Below are positions 11,526 through 22,994 of a DNA stretch of 64,000 nucleotides, in pieces. The position numbers were made by a program, and so were the translations under genes. The notes below the pieces were generated by a model. It was not told the origin of the DNA. It searched no databases and was given only the letters and a program-made list of their open reading frames with translations. Within the stretch, counting starts at the first letter, position 1, and each line of letters opens with the position of its first letter. Source of the stretch: Williopsis jadinii (lineage: Eukaryota); the NCBI GenBank assembly GCA_024346625.1, contig AP024666.1, positions 2,046,001-2,110,000 on the forward strand, in the 5' to 3' direction.

Positions 11526-12959
11526 ATGTCAGGTTTTTTAAAAGTTCAAGGAACAAAGATTGTCGATTCAAATGGAACTCCAGTTGTGCTTAAAGGTACA
11601 GCTACAGGAGGGCATTTAAACATGGAGAATTTCATCACTGGTTACCCAGGACATGAAACAGAACACAAGAAGGTTCTCAGATCTAAGATGGGGGAAGAAA
11701 AATATGATTTCTTCTTTGAAAAGTTCTACGAGTATTTCTGGACTGAAAAAGATGCAGTCTTCTTTAAAGAAGAGCTGAAATTAAACTGTTTAAGAATCCC
11801 GTTCAACTATAGACATTTCATTGATGATGAGGATGATATGTTTAAGATCAACCCAAACGGGTTTAAACTACTGGACAGGCTTGTTGACACATGTTCCAAG
11901 CATGGGATTTATACTATCTTGGACCTTCATGCCGTGCCTGGTGGTCAGAACCAGGATTGGCATTCGGACTCTGGTATCCATAAATCTCTTTTCTGGGACT
12001 TTAAAGTTTTCCAAGACTCCATGGTTAACCTGTGGATAGAGTTAGCAAAATACTACAAGGATAATAGATGGGTTGCAGGCTATAATCCATTGAATGAGCC
12101 AGCAGTTGCTGACCACTCAAAGTTGGTCAATTTCTACCAGAGAGTCGAAAAGGAGATCAGAAAAGTTGATCCGCATCATATCTTGTTTCTAGATGGAAAC
12201 ACGTATGCAATGGATTTCCGTCAATTCCCTTCCCCACTTCCAAATTGCGTGTATTCGATTCATGACTATGCTTTTGCCGGGTTCCCAAATCCAGAAGGAA
12301 CACTCTACTCTGGCTCCAAAGAGGAAAAGAGTAAATTGGAGACTCAGTATCAGAGAAAAATCGAGTATCACGTTCAAAACAGGGTTCCTGTTTGGAATGG
12401 TGAGTTTGGACCCGTCTACGCATCCAAAGAAAGAGGTGACAAAGATGTGGAAACGACCAACAACGCTAGATATAATGTTTTGAAAGATCAGCTCGGAGTC
12501 TACAAGCAAGGTGACCCTTCTGGTGATGGTTCTCCAATATCTTGGTCAATTTGGCTTTACAAAGATATTGGTTATCAAGGCCTGACATATGTTGATCCGG
12601 AATCCACATTTTATAAAGTGTTGGGGAGCTACCTCTTAGAGAAGAAACGATTGGGGCTGGATAGATGGGGTGCAGATATTGCACCAGAATTCTCCAAACT
12701 GTACGATGATTTAGAGAAGCATTTCAAAGATGTCATTCCAGAGAAGTACCATAAGGCACTTTATCCACATCCTTGGACAGTCAAGGATTACCTTTCACGT
12801 GTGTCCAGGGACATGCTATTGTCCCAGTATTACCAGCACGTTTACGCTGAGATCCTAGCAGGTTTGACGTTTGATGAACTTGATGAATTTGCTGCTTCTT
12901 TCAAGATTGAAAATGTAAAGAAAAGAGGAGAACTGAACGAAATTTTAAGAAATTACTAA
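11526..12959 (+). CDS. Glycoside hydrolase family 5, no signal peptide (intracellular beta-glycosidase type)
   Basis: LRIPFNYRHF, ILDLHAVPGGQN, catalytic NEP and GEFG motifs. TATA-like TATATAAA at about 11457-11464. Confidence 0.9.
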   Translation: MSGFLKVQGTKIVDSNGTPVVLKGTATGGHLNMENFITGYPGHETEHKKVLRSKMGEEKYDFFFEKFYEYFWTEKDAVFFKEELKLNCLRIPFNYRHFIDDEDDMFKINPNGFKLLDRLVDTCSKHGIYTILDLHAVPGGQNQDWHSDSGIHKSLFWDFKVFQDSMVNLWIELAKYYKDNRWVAGYNPLNEPAVADHSKLVNFYQRVEKEIRKVDPHHILFLDGNTYAMDFRQFPSPLPNCVYSIHDYAFAGFPNPEGTLYSGSKEEKSKLETQYQRKIEYHVQNRVPVWNGEFGPVYASKERGDKDVETTNNARYNVLKDQLGVYKQGDPSGDGSPISWSIWLYKDIGYQGLTYVDPESTFYKVLGSYLLEKKRLGLDRWGADIAPEFSKLYDDLEKHFKDVIPEKYHKALYPHPWTVKDYLSRVSRDMLLSQYYQHVYAEILAGLTFDELDEFAASFKIENVKKRGELNEILRNY

Positions 12960-13368
12960 TGTCTACCTAGTACGGTGTTGATGGTTGTTCGGCCTTAATG
13001 TTTGGACAAAGAGCTAATGTCTAATCTGTGTTTATCTGTAATCATTATGGGCACGAATGTTTTCAATTAGTAGAAAGTAAATCGGGAAAGATAAATAAAG
13101 CTTGAAAGCATCTCTCCTCGTTTCAGCTAAGAGTTTTGGAATGAGCTTGAAATGGTGCAACTTGTCAATCTTGAACTAAACAATTTTTACAAACCTCCGA
13201 GATTTCGAAAGCCCCTTGAAGAAGTCCACCACGCAAGGGCAAAAAAATGAAGCGTCAAATCAGCGCATCGACAAAACCAGACTGTACCGAGATTACATAA
13301 TCACAAATTTGAAAAGACAAGCTGCCCAACTTTCTAAGAAGTCACAGCTGTTGCCCAAAAAGGTGCCA

Positions 13369-13498
13369 TTTTGTAGACTTTTGCAGACTTTTGCAAACTT
13401 TTGCGCCAAATGTGAAAGTGTTGTCAGGGCGCGAAAATGACAGCAAAATGACAGCAAAAGGCACAGCAAAATGCACAGCAAAATGACAGCAAAACTGA
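13369..13498. repeat. Subterminal tandem arrays: about 4x TTTTGYARAC, then about 6x CAGCAAAATG(C)A
   Basis: Directly visible. The two arrays carry the TTTTGC/GCAAAA core in opposite orientations. Confidence 0.85.
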
Positions 13499-13799
13499 TT
13501 TGTAGCAGGAAAAGTGTCCGATGTGGGCAATTGAACCCTAAGAACTAAAGCCCTTCCCACAGTCAAAATCTTCCGAAGCATACAACGGACATTTGACAAG
13601 CTCCCTATCTCGCTCGTATTGTCTACCATCGAGTCCAGAAGGGACCAGACGTTCTCATCATTATGGGCCAATGTGGACCATCCACTCACCACCACGCGTC
13701 GTTCGCGCAGCCGGAAGGCGCGTGTCTTTACCACCTTGCGCGCGCACGCATGTTACCGCCAAACGCATCGCTGACTTCATCGACATCTACCCAAAAAAC

Positions 13800-14088
13800 A
13801 CCCGTAAATTGTCACATCTTGTCCTCCAGTTCATCTTGTTTCTCCCTAATCCACTAGCGTTTGGCCTTCAAATGCCAATTCACGGGGACACGCCTCTCGA
13901 GGATGACTGAAGAGCACACGAGCAAGACACGCGCTGGCTACGGGACAATAAAACATACCGTCTCTGGCCAACAGCACGCTCCTCTGGCCAACAGCCCGTT
14001 TCTCTGTGCCTCGTGCAACCTCTCTGCCGACGGCGACATCAACGCCGCGCGCAACATCCTCATCAGGTGTCTCGCTGCATCTCAGTAA
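13800..14088 (+). pseudogene. TnpB/Fanzor C-terminal fragment (Fanzor2-like)
   Basis: H*RLAFKCQFTGTRLSRMTEEHTSKT(R)AG(Y)G...FLCASCNLSADGDINAARNIL. This matches L.YKC...G..L..V.E.YTSKTC..CG and F.C..C....DRD.NAARNI. In-frame TAG at 13855-13857, and the first CxxC has decayed to RAGY. Confidence 0.88.
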
Positions 14089-14180
14089 GACACACACACC
14101 CGAGTGCATTCATGCTCTTCTAAAATCACTAACTCTGTTCTGTCTCTAAAGAGCACAGAAAGGTATGATCATGATTGGTC
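14062..14180 (+). ncRNA. Candidate omegaRNA scaffold, degenerate copy 1
   Basis: Stem GTGTCTCGCTG/CAGTAAGACAC spans the stop codon, plus a TGCTCTT(14113-19)/AAGAGCA(14149-55) stem. Sequence similarity to 42085-42213. Confidence 0.5.
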
Positions 14181-14334
14181 TTGTAAAGAAATTGAGACCT
14201 GAAAGACTGAAAGATCTTTGGAGTAAGACTATCAGCTCATCAATGTACTACAAGGGTAGTCTTTTCTTGTTGTTTAAAATATGGATTGCATAAAACTTAT
14301 ATAAAAAAACAAAAAAAAAGGCACTTTGTAACAC

Positions 14335-14871
14335 TCATGCCAAGTATGTGCTGTAGTTGATGTTAGGATCCAAAGAGTAACTGCTGCTCAATGTTGTAGA
14401 ACATCTTGAAGTACCAGTTGGCTCGGTAGCAATGTCGGTTGAAGTCCCGACGTCAATTTGACACTGCTCAAGACCAGCGGTAAGGTAAGGACCGTAGTAC
14501 TTCCACAATGTCCAACCACAATCCATACAAGCATTGTAGTTATCCATGAAAGTTGAATCAGGATCAGAACAGAGACAATTCTCAAGGTAAGGACCAGTGA
14601 AAGAAGTGCCGTCATATGAACAGCCTTGAGCAGCAATAATCATTGTTCCACAAACAGCATGGCACTGGAAAGTGGCACAGTCATCAGCAGAAGCAGCCAG
14701 AGCAAAGGCTTCCGGCTCTGGGTGACCCAGTGCAATTGCCTCACTGTAGGCTTCAGCATACGCATCAGCGGCTGCTTTAGCGGCTGGTATAGCGTCTGCC
14801 ATTGGAAGTTATTTAGCCTGAATGAGACCCAAGCTGAAGGCTAGAGTTGAAATTGCTTTGAAAGAGAACAT
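14335..14871 (-). pseudogene. Small secreted Cys-rich protein, paralog of the N-terminal domain of the adhesin at 17606; in-frame stop after the signal peptide
   Basis: ATG at 14871 gives MFSFKAISTLAFSLGLIQAK*LPMADAIP, with TAA at 14811-14809. Shares [27 protein letters not shown] and TEPTGT.RCSTTL with the 17606 ORF. Confidence 0.75.
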
Positions 14872-17605
14872 TGTTGAGAAGATAGCTTTAAGTTGGTGAT
14901 TGTTGAATTGGAATTGAATAATGTAGGATATATCAAGGAAACTAGTGGACTTTTGTATCCTTTATATAGGCGAAATGAGACTTCTCAATCGCTTTGTATC
15001 TTTGAGAAACATGAGAATTGGGTGTCCAAAACGTGTACCTTTAATTTACAATAGGGATAATCTATGCACACCCGTGCTTCTCTATTGGTTTTACACTATG
15101 ATCTCCTGCATTAACACTCATGACATGTCGGCGCTTATATGAAGATCATCCCGGAAAAGGCAGCTCTCGTATATGCTTCAAAGTCGTAATAAGAAAAGGA
15201 TTAGAATGAAGCGCCCCATCAATTACAAGCTCTTCAAATCAGTAACAGGTTCATATTTGATAGAATTGATATAATTGATCTAATAGATTGGTTTTCATAC
15301 TTCCGGGTGTGAAGCAAAACTGGTAAAATGTTCAACTTCACAAATGATGTGATATTCGAACTTCGGACTTGGTTTCCTAATTTATCAACGACTGCAACGC
15401 CCTACAGTTATTACACCCCCTTTTTTGGGTGTTATAACAACTCCAATCATATACCCAGAAGATTGCAGTGTTTCTTTACGATGGTCTTAAACGGACTCTT
15501 TCGACCGTTGTATTCCCTCTTTTCTAAGTTCTTATGAGCTAGCCTCTTTATCTTATATTTTCACATCACATTAATTAAGAGTTATCTTATTGTCGTTACT
15601 TCGTATTACTAGTAACTTTTAGCTCCCACTTATAAGTGGAAAGGAACTTCTCATAACTGTTCAGTTGTTCATTGCGTAATATCCTGTGAGATCATTATTC
15701 TTGGGAACCATAAGCTAACCCATAAGGAGCACATCAAGAAAAGTGCTAAGCAATATCTGCATAATTGGCCGATATCTTCCCGTAGTAAAACTTACTTGTT
15801 CAGGGTGTAAAGATCTCTGACTATTGAGCATGTAAAAGCCCTATTTCAAATATTTCAGGATAAGGTGACCGGTAATAATTGAATTGAGTTGGTGTAAATC
15901 GAAACTCCTCCTGGGTGTCTTAAAGAGCAGTACACATAAATTGAAAAGTATTCTTGATATCAAATAGGTGTACAGAGCTCGGAGATTAGCATCATCAAAA
16001 CATATATACATGTGGTGTACATAGTGCCGCTACATTATTGATCAACACACACTGCAATTGCATCGAATAATACTAAAAATTAAAGAACCGTAAACTGCCG
16101 TACTATTTGACTATTCAATGGTTGATGATTTGATTCTTTTGTTTCTTTATTTCAAATTAAAATTTCAAGATACGTCATGCCTGAAGGGAAAGAAGATTTA
16201 TGTGTGAATATGAATCATTCCATTACGGTAGTAACCATAGCGGCACCCCCACCTTTCCTCCCCTGATGCGCTATTGATTGAAGTATGTCAAAGCATAAAG
16301 ACCGAGAGAGAGGAAACTATGGTAAAAATAGAGCTCAGAACACACCTCCAATGGTGGGTACTAATGCGGATGTGAATCTTGATAAAGTTAGCAAACCGTA
16401 CGTATGGTTAAAGAAACACCCAATTCTATCGTAAGGTGTGTGGGTTCCGTATTTCTCGGAGGTTTCTATAGATGTACAGTCACATTTACATAGGGCTTTA
16501 GAAACTCTACCGACCAGGGTGTACATGACCTGATCGACACCTCCAAGATTACAAACTTTTCCATCCTTAGCGAACTAAGTTAGGACAATAGTACAAAATT
16601 TTCAATTTTTAGGAGGATGAACACACAGGTACAGTGCCTCGGCTTTCGTTAGTGCGTAACAGCCAAGAGATATTGTATACTTAGCCATCAGCAGTTACTG
16701 TTATGGTATACAATTAGATTGGCATCAAGATGATATAACACACATCATGGTTCATCACATAATTGAAAACTATCAGGGTGTGAATGGTTGCGGAAACATC
16801 GGAGGGGCTTATGATGATATGAACTGTAAGTTTCATCAGGGAGCTGAAAATCAGCGGGTGATTACAATATGGCAAAAGCCCACGTCAACACACATTCCAT
16901 GCACTCAGTATGCATAGCACTTCTAAGTGACGGAATTTTATACCTCTACTAAAGCCTTAAATATACTAATTGAACCCATTAACTTTTGGTGAAATACAAC
17001 TTGACGGTCACCTGGTGGTCTTCATCTACAGTGCATCGCTTCTCTGTGAGCATGGGTGTATTTCGGTTACCTTCTCCATATTTGGTTCCCGTTATTTAAT
17101 CCGTATTCTGTTTTCCAGCGAAATGCACCTTGGGCAAACTCTATGTACCGATTGGGAGTAACTTACAAACCTTTTTTGACATAGTGTAGGGCCGCCTTTC
17201 CACCGCAGACGCACCAAGGTCACTTTTAGGGGTGCACATTCTTGAAGTAATCATAGACAGCTGTAACAAAAAAGCATGAAGAAGGGCTCTTATTAGGTTT
17301 GTGAAGCTTCCGATGCATAATCACCGGTTTCTCCATGTCAACAAGTATTGAGAGAAAATGGGTGTACCATGTTTGTATAATGTCTCCGGGGCTGTGATTG
17401 GATAGATTCTTACACCCTTCATGTATTACCACAGCTGACAGTCTAGTGATGGAAGAGGATTTTTGCCGATTGACAGATATGAAGTGTCAGCTTAGAGCAT
17501 CCTCATACGGATACTCGAAAACATGTATATATTGTCTGTTTCCCACCCACAGTCATTCGTGTGGCTTCAAGAGTCCGTCCCTCATAGACAAAGGCCAAAC
17601 GATCA

Positions 17606-20600
17606 ATGAGGTCATCCACTCGTTTATTTGTTGCTATTTTAGCAATAGCTTCCTCTGTTATTGCTGTTGCAACACCAGATGCCAAAGCCATTGCTGACTC
17701 TCTTCCTTGGGCTAATGCTGTTCCCGCCGCAGCCGGGGCTGCTTTAGCTTATGCTGAAGCCTATGCTGAAGCTGTTGCAATCGCCCATCCAGACCCTGAA
17801 GCTTATGCTCTTGCCGCTTCCGAAGATGACTGTGCTACACTTGGCTGTCACGCTGCTTGTGGTTTGATGATTATCGGCGGTAGTGACTGTACTTTGAATA
17901 CAACAAACAGCTATGCTGGTCCATATAACACCACATGTCTTTGTGCTTCTGACTCGAAGTTGAATACCTACTACGCAAGTTGTATGAACTGTGGGTGGAC
18001 ATTATGGAAGTACTACGGACCTTATGCCTCTTCTGCTTTGGCAGCTTGTTCCACTCTCTCCACTGAGCCTACTGGAACTATGAGATGTTCAACTACCTTA
18101 ACTGATGTTTATACCATCGACACTGGCGCTAATGCATGTGATTATACCGGCGGTTGCGAAACTACTTCGACAGCATCGGGTTCTACAGAATCGAGTTCTA
18201 CAACACCAACGACAACTATTTCAACAACTAGCACCTCTTCCACCTCCACAACACCAACCACGTCCAGCTCCAGTTCATGGACCGGCCGTAACACTCTGAC
18301 AGACACAACTTACACCGCTGATACTTATACTGTGACAACTGACTTGTCATACACATACAGCTACACCACCGGTCAGAACAGTACTGATTGTTACACAACA
18401 GTAAGTACCATACAGGTTGAAGAGGACTTTGAAGTTGTCTTCACATCATGGTCTGTGTTGAACTCACCTGTGAAAAGCTATAGAACATGGGGCTTCTTGA
18501 ACTTCACAGAAGATCAGACTGAAGTTACCGACATTCAATTGTTAACGAGCAACACTTATATCTCAGGGGCTTTGGAGCCAGAATCCTTCTTGTATGTTAA
18601 CCTTAAGGAAGGTGGGTTCTATAGCGCTCAAAGTCGAAATCACCCTGTCACCACAACTGCAACATTCTTTGTGACGAGAAAAGGTGTGAAGTATCTGTTT
18701 GCCCAAAGTTGTACATCCAATTGGCCACTCTCGGTCTTGAACCTCCCTGAAGGAGGTTATGATGTTTGTGTTCAAAGTGGTGGAGCGCTCTACTACGAAA
18801 AATGGTGTGATCACCAAAATGAGACATACACTGTTGTTGAATTCAGACCTGGTGAAGATTCCTCTGCTGACTTAGAAAGTTCGTCCACGTTGGAAGAATC
18901 TTCCTACAGCAGCATTGAATCAGCACTCGAGTCTAGTGAGTCTAGTGAGTCCACTGAGTCTAGTGAGTCCACTGAGTCCACTGAGTCTACTGAGTCCACT
19001 GAGTCCACTGAGTCCACTGAATCTACTGAGTCCACCGAGTCTACCGAGTCCACTGAGTCCACTGAGTCTACTGAGTCCACTGAGTCCACTGAGTCCACTG
19101 AATCTACTGAGTCCACCGAGTCTACTGAGTCCACTGAGTCCACTGAGTCCACTGAATCTACTGAGTCCACCGAGTCTACTGAGTCCACTGAGTCCACTGA
19201 GTCTACTGAGTCCACTGAGTCTACTGAGTCCACTGAGTCTATTGAGTCCACTGAGTCCACTGAGTCCACTGAGTCCACTGAGTCCACCGACTCTACCGCT
19301 GATAGCACTTCAACACCAACTTCAGAACCAGTTCTATCTGGTATCCTGGACTCCGGTGCCCCTGATTGGACTTTGAGAATTCCAGGAACACTCGGACCAT
19401 GGTCTTCAGTTGATCTTCAAGTTTCTGGAAATGGGTCCGCTGGCTCGTTTGTTTACACTGATGCATCTGTGAGGGTGAACAATGAAGATATTTCTACGGC
19501 TAATATCAATGTGACACCAGATTCTATTATTATTTCATTGGACTTTGAAATTGCTGAATCTGATGTATTGGAGATTCAGTTTGGAGGTGAAATTGAGTCT
19601 GGGTCATCATGGACTTCTACTGCACGCTTGGTTATTACCTCACCAGATGAAAGACTTGTGAAGAGAGCCGAGCAAACCTGGGTTCTTGTCAGTACTATCA
19701 CATCCGATGATGAGTCTGATTCTTCATCTATTGATTCCTCCGTTGCCTCATCTGCTGCCTCATCTGCTGCTTCATCTGCTGCCTCATCTTCTGACTCTTC
19801 AACCATTGAGCTTTCCACCTCCGGTGATTCAAGTGGCTCGTTTACCTCTTCGGAGTCTTTGACATCTTACGCCAACAGCACCTCAACAATCACCAAGGAG
19901 CAAGAGTCTACTACTGTTATTACAGTAACATCGTGTAGCAATGACGTCTGCTCTACAATGGATGTGACCACCGGAGTTACCGTTGTAACCGAGACTGTTT
20001 CAGGTATAGTTACTACTTACACCACTTACTGTCCAACAGAGTCGCCAAATCCAAGCACTACTGTTATAACTGTGACATCCTGTTCTGAAAACGTATGCAG
20101 TGAGGTGTTGAAGACCACAGATGTCACTGTTTTGACCACCACAGTTAAAGGGGCCGCAACGACATATACTACTTACGGTGCAACAACAGTTACTAATGCA
20201 ACTCAGAAAACTGGTGTAACTAAGACCAGTACTGGTGCTACTGGTGCTGAAGGTGCTACTACTGGTGCTACTGGTGCTACTGGTGCTACTGGTGCTGAAG
20301 GTGCTACTACTGGTGCTACTGGTGCTGAAGGTGCTACTACTGGTGCTACTGGTGCTACTGGTGCTACTGGTGCTACTGGTGCTACTGGTGCTGAAGGTGC
20401 TACTACTGTTGCTGAAGGCGCTAAGAAGACAACTCAAGCTTCTGTTGAATCTGAAACAGCTAGGGAGGCTGAGAAGAATACCTCTGCTACTAGCGCTTTA
20501 TCAGCTACAAGCGAATTGAGTTCAGTTCAATCAGTCACAGCATTTGAAGGTGTCGGTGTCAAATCAACTGGGTCTACAATCCTCGCCTTAATCTTCGCAG

Positions 20601-20614
20601 TTCTTCTCATTTAA
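17606..20614 (+). CDS. GPI-anchored cell-wall adhesin/flocculin-like protein
   Basis: Signal peptide, Cys-rich N-domain, (EST)n tract, two flocculin-type [13 protein letters not shown] repeats, (GAT)n tract and a hydrophobic GPI signal (FEG...[11 protein letters not shown]). Confidence 0.9.
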   Translation: MRSSTRLFVAILAIASSVIAVATPDAKAIADSLPWANAVPAAAGAALAYAEAYAEAVAIAHPDPEAYALAASEDDCATLGCHAACGLMIIGGSDCTLNTTNSYAGPYNTTCLCASDSKLNTYYASCMNCGWTLWKYYGPYASSALAACSTLSTEPTGTMRCSTTLTDVYTIDTGANACDYTGGCETTSTASGSTESSSTTPTTTISTTSTSSTSTTPTTSSSSSWTGRNTLTDTTYTADTYTVTTDLSYTYSYTTGQNSTDCYTTVSTIQVEEDFEVVFTSWSVLNSPVKSYRTWGFLNFTEDQTEVTDIQLLTSNTYISGALEPESFLYVNLKEGGFYSAQSRNHPVTTTATFFVTRKGVKYLFAQSCTSNWPLSVLNLPEGGYDVCVQSGGALYYEKWCDHQNETYTVVEFRPGEDSSADLESSSTLEESSYSSIESALESSESSESTESSESTESTESTESTESTESTESTESTESTESTESTESTESTESTESTESTESTESTESTESTESTESTESTESTESTESTESTESTESTESTESIESTESTESTESTESTDSTADSTSTPTSEPVLSGILDSGAPDWTLRIPGTLGPWSSVDLQVSGNGSAGSFVYTDASVRVNNEDISTANINVTPDSIIISLDFEIAESDVLEIQFGGEIESGSSWTSTARLVITSPDERLVKRAEQTWVLVSTITSDDESDSSSIDSSVASSAASSAASSAASSSDSSTIELSTSGDSSGSFTSSESLTSYANSTSTITKEQESTTVITVTSCSNDVCSTMDVTTGVTVVTETVSGIVTTYTTYCPTESPNPSTTVITVTSCSENVCSEVLKTTDVTVLTTTVKGAATTYTTYGATTVTNATQKTGVTKTSTGATGAEGATTGATGATGATGAEGATTGATGAEGATTGATGATGATGATGATGAEGATTVAEGAKKTTQASVESETAREAEKNTSATSALSATSELSSVQSVTAFEGVGVKSTGSTILALIFAVLLI
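18929..19290 (+). repeat. 9-bp coding tandem repeat GAGTCYACT (Glu-Ser-Thr), about 40 units
   Basis: Directly visible. Confidence 0.95.
20230..20420 (+). repeat. Coding tandem repeat ACTGGTGCT with GAAGGTGCTACT variants (TGA/EGAT)
   Basis: Directly visible. Confidence 0.9.
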
Positions 20615-21061
20615 AGGTTTTGATATCGAAGATCTTATAAACATTATAGCAAGGTGATTAGTTTAACTAACAATGAATGCTCATAGTATTCTTGTTTTAT
20701 TAAGAATCAATATATTGCAATTGAAGACTGTTTAGTCCCTTTTGTATTTGTAATGTAATCGTTGCTCTCTGATATTATAGAAATGCATCCAAAGGAAATT
20801 TTGTAATAAAATTTTATTCGTATTTGGAGCTGCTGGTATATGGACCTAGTAGCGAGTGCAATGGAGGTTATTGTTTATAGCGAAAACAAAATCCATTTTC
20901 AGTAACTACTTATATGACCATGTAATGAGTACATACCTGGCTCATTGTACTGTGGTTGAGCAGCTTGTGGTATTAGTAGTAGATACTGGGATGACATTTT
21001 GGCTAAAAAGTTAACTCATGCTGACCTTATGGATAATTGCCCTATTATAGAATTCTATTAC

Positions 21062-21086
21062 ATATATATATATATATATATATATA
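21062..21086. repeat. (AT)n microsatellite
   Basis: About 12 AT units. Confidence 0.9.
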
Positions 21087-21386
21087 AGATTCATAGTTTT
21101 AGTGAAAAATAGAAGATTGTTCCCTTTGAAGAGAGGTTTGAGGTATAAAACTACATAAAGATTGATAGAACAGAAGCCATTGTTATTATGCGATTGTCCA
21201 ATAAAAGTGAAAATAATTAGGTAGTACCCTCCAAATGTTCAGAGTAAACTCTGAGAAATGCCACGGTAATTCAAGAGCCAAGGCTTTACAATATTTAATG
21301 ATATTTTCCTTCTGATAACCTGAAATTGACGTTGTTATTACGCACAACAAGTAAAAATAGATAAAAAACCCATTTTAGAAGGCTTA

Positions 21387-22994
21387 TCACTTATTATCTA
21401 TGTGTTCAACGTTTGGCTTGCCATTTGATTCAATTGAATAAACCTCTTCAACTTGAGAAGATCTGTTGATAGGCTCGATGTAGTCACCAAACACTTCAGC
21501 AACTTCTTCAAGAGAACGCCCTGATGTTTCTGGGTAGAAGAAATAGAAAACAACACATTCAACGGCCAGGACACAGCAATAGACAATGTAGTACTTCCAG
21601 GCGAGGTGGATAATAGCACTTGGATTTCCGAAGGCATTTCCAAGTGCAATAACAGCAGTCCAAAGCTGGAAAATGACAATACCCTTTGATCTATGAGAAT
21701 ATGGTAAAATCTCGGTCATGTAGAGGTTTGGAAGTCCATTGGCTCCAATATCATAGAACAGGTAATACAAAAATATCATGGCAAGAACTCCTCTAGAGAC
21801 AGCTTGATCCTGGAACTGTCTTTTATAGCTGACAGCAGACAAAGCTGTCCAGACAACGTAGGTGAAAAGCATACCGAAAACACACGTGTTGAACAAGGTT
21901 CTTCTTCGGAAGTACCAGCAAACAGAACAAACAGCAGCAGAAACAGCAAAGTTGAATATTGTGAGACACATGTTAATCAACAGTTGTCTCGAAGAATCGG
22001 TTATTCCAATGGAATCTAGAACGGGGCTCAAATAGTACGAGAAGAGTGCATTGCCTGAAAGTTGAGTCATAGTTGAAGTGAAGATTACTAAGAATAATCT
22101 TTTTCTGTAACTCTTTCTTTTAAAGAAATCAGAATAACGAGAATTTGCTCCTGCACTCTTTTCAGCTTCCAGTGCAGCTTCAATCTCACTTATCTCATAC
22201 TCAACTAATTCAAGATCTTTAGGGTCAGTTGAGTTTCCAGTATGGATCTTTGATAAGATTTGTCTAGCCCTTGGGATGTTACCCTTCGCAACAAAGTAAC
22301 GAGGTGATTCAGGAACCCAATACATTAGAATAATCTGAACCACTGGGAAAAATCCTTGAAGGAAAGAAGGAATTCTCCATGAGTAGCTTGACTCGATGTT
22401 CCTAGTGAAATACGTGATGACTGCCGCAAGGATCGCACCAAGGTACCAACAAATGTTCAACGCAAAGGTGCACACCTCTCTATGTGTTGGGTAAGAGATT
22501 TCAGCAATCAGTGCTGGCCCACCAACACCAGAAATACCTCCTCCAAAACCAATGATGAAACGGGAGACAAAGAAAAATGCATAGCTATTCGAGACTCCTT
22601 GTAGGATAGCTCCAATCAGAGCAATAAATTGACCAGCAACCAAGACAAATCTTCTGCCATATCTGTCCGCGAGATAAGGTGAAAACAAGAAAGAACTGAT
22701 TGCACCAAAAGCAGGGGCGGCACTTAAGGCACCAAGAATATAACCTGAAGGATATCCCATATATTTTCTCCAGTAAACCAAGGACTGAAGTGCATTCAAC
22801 ATGGAACCATCGAAACCGTTGTTTGTAGCAGACAGCGTAACAACAAAGACATGGAAAGCCAAGGCACGAAGGTGTGGAACCTTGTACCATGGTCTAGTCT
22901 CTGTGAGATAATCATTGAGCTTTTTTACTGGTTGATCCTCTGCTTCAAATCCTTCTGTGTCCAAATATTCAGCCTTTGAAGTTGAAAGAGTCAT
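21387..22994 (-). CDS. MFS sugar porter, LAC12/cellodextrin-transporter-like (alternative start 23018)
   Basis: NGFDGSM, ADRYGRR, AEISYPTHR, WRIP, PESPRY and PETSGRSLEEV motifs. Divergent from a GH3 gene. Confidence 0.9.
   Translation of the reverse strand: MTLSTSKAEYLDTEGFEAEDQPVKKLNDYLTETRPWYKVPHLRALAFHVFVVTLSATNNGFDGSMLNALQSLVYWRKYMGYPSGYILGALSAAPAFGAISSFLFSPYLADRYGRRFVLVAGQFIALIGAILQGVSNSYAFFFVSRFIIGFGGGISGVGGPALIAEISYPTHREVCTFALNICWYLGAILAAVITYFTRNIESSYSWRIPSFLQGFFPVVQIILMYWVPESPRYFVAKGNIPRARQILSKIHTGNSTDPKDLELVEYEISEIEAALEAEKSAGANSRYSDFFKRKSYRKRLFLVIFTSTMTQLSGNALFSYYLSPVLDSIGITDSSRQLLINMCLTIFNFAVSAAVCSVCWYFRRRTLFNTCVFGMLFTYVVWTALSAVSYKRQFQDQAVSRGVLAMIFLYYLFYDIGANGLPNLYMTEILPYSHRSKGIVIFQLWTAVIALGNAFGNPSAIIHLAWKYYIVYCCVLAVECVVFYFFYPETSGRSLEEVAEVFGDYIEPINRSSQVEEVYSIESNGKPNVEHIDNK

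Larger units (their letters stand above)
13345..14180 (+). mobile_element. Internally deleted TIR element carrying a TnpB/Fanzor nuclease remnant
   Basis: The left end 13358-13375 is a 17/18 inverse match to the right-end sequence at 42185-42202. Subterminal repeat arrays at 13369-13498. RuvC/zinc-finger C-terminus at 13858-14088. Structured 3' tail to about 14180. Confidence 0.75.

Noticed and set aside
18904..19376. ORFs of (VDS)n and (LSP)n, and a CRISPR-like appearance
   Set aside because: These are alternative frames of the EST coding repeat. There are no unique spacers, so this is not a CRISPR array.
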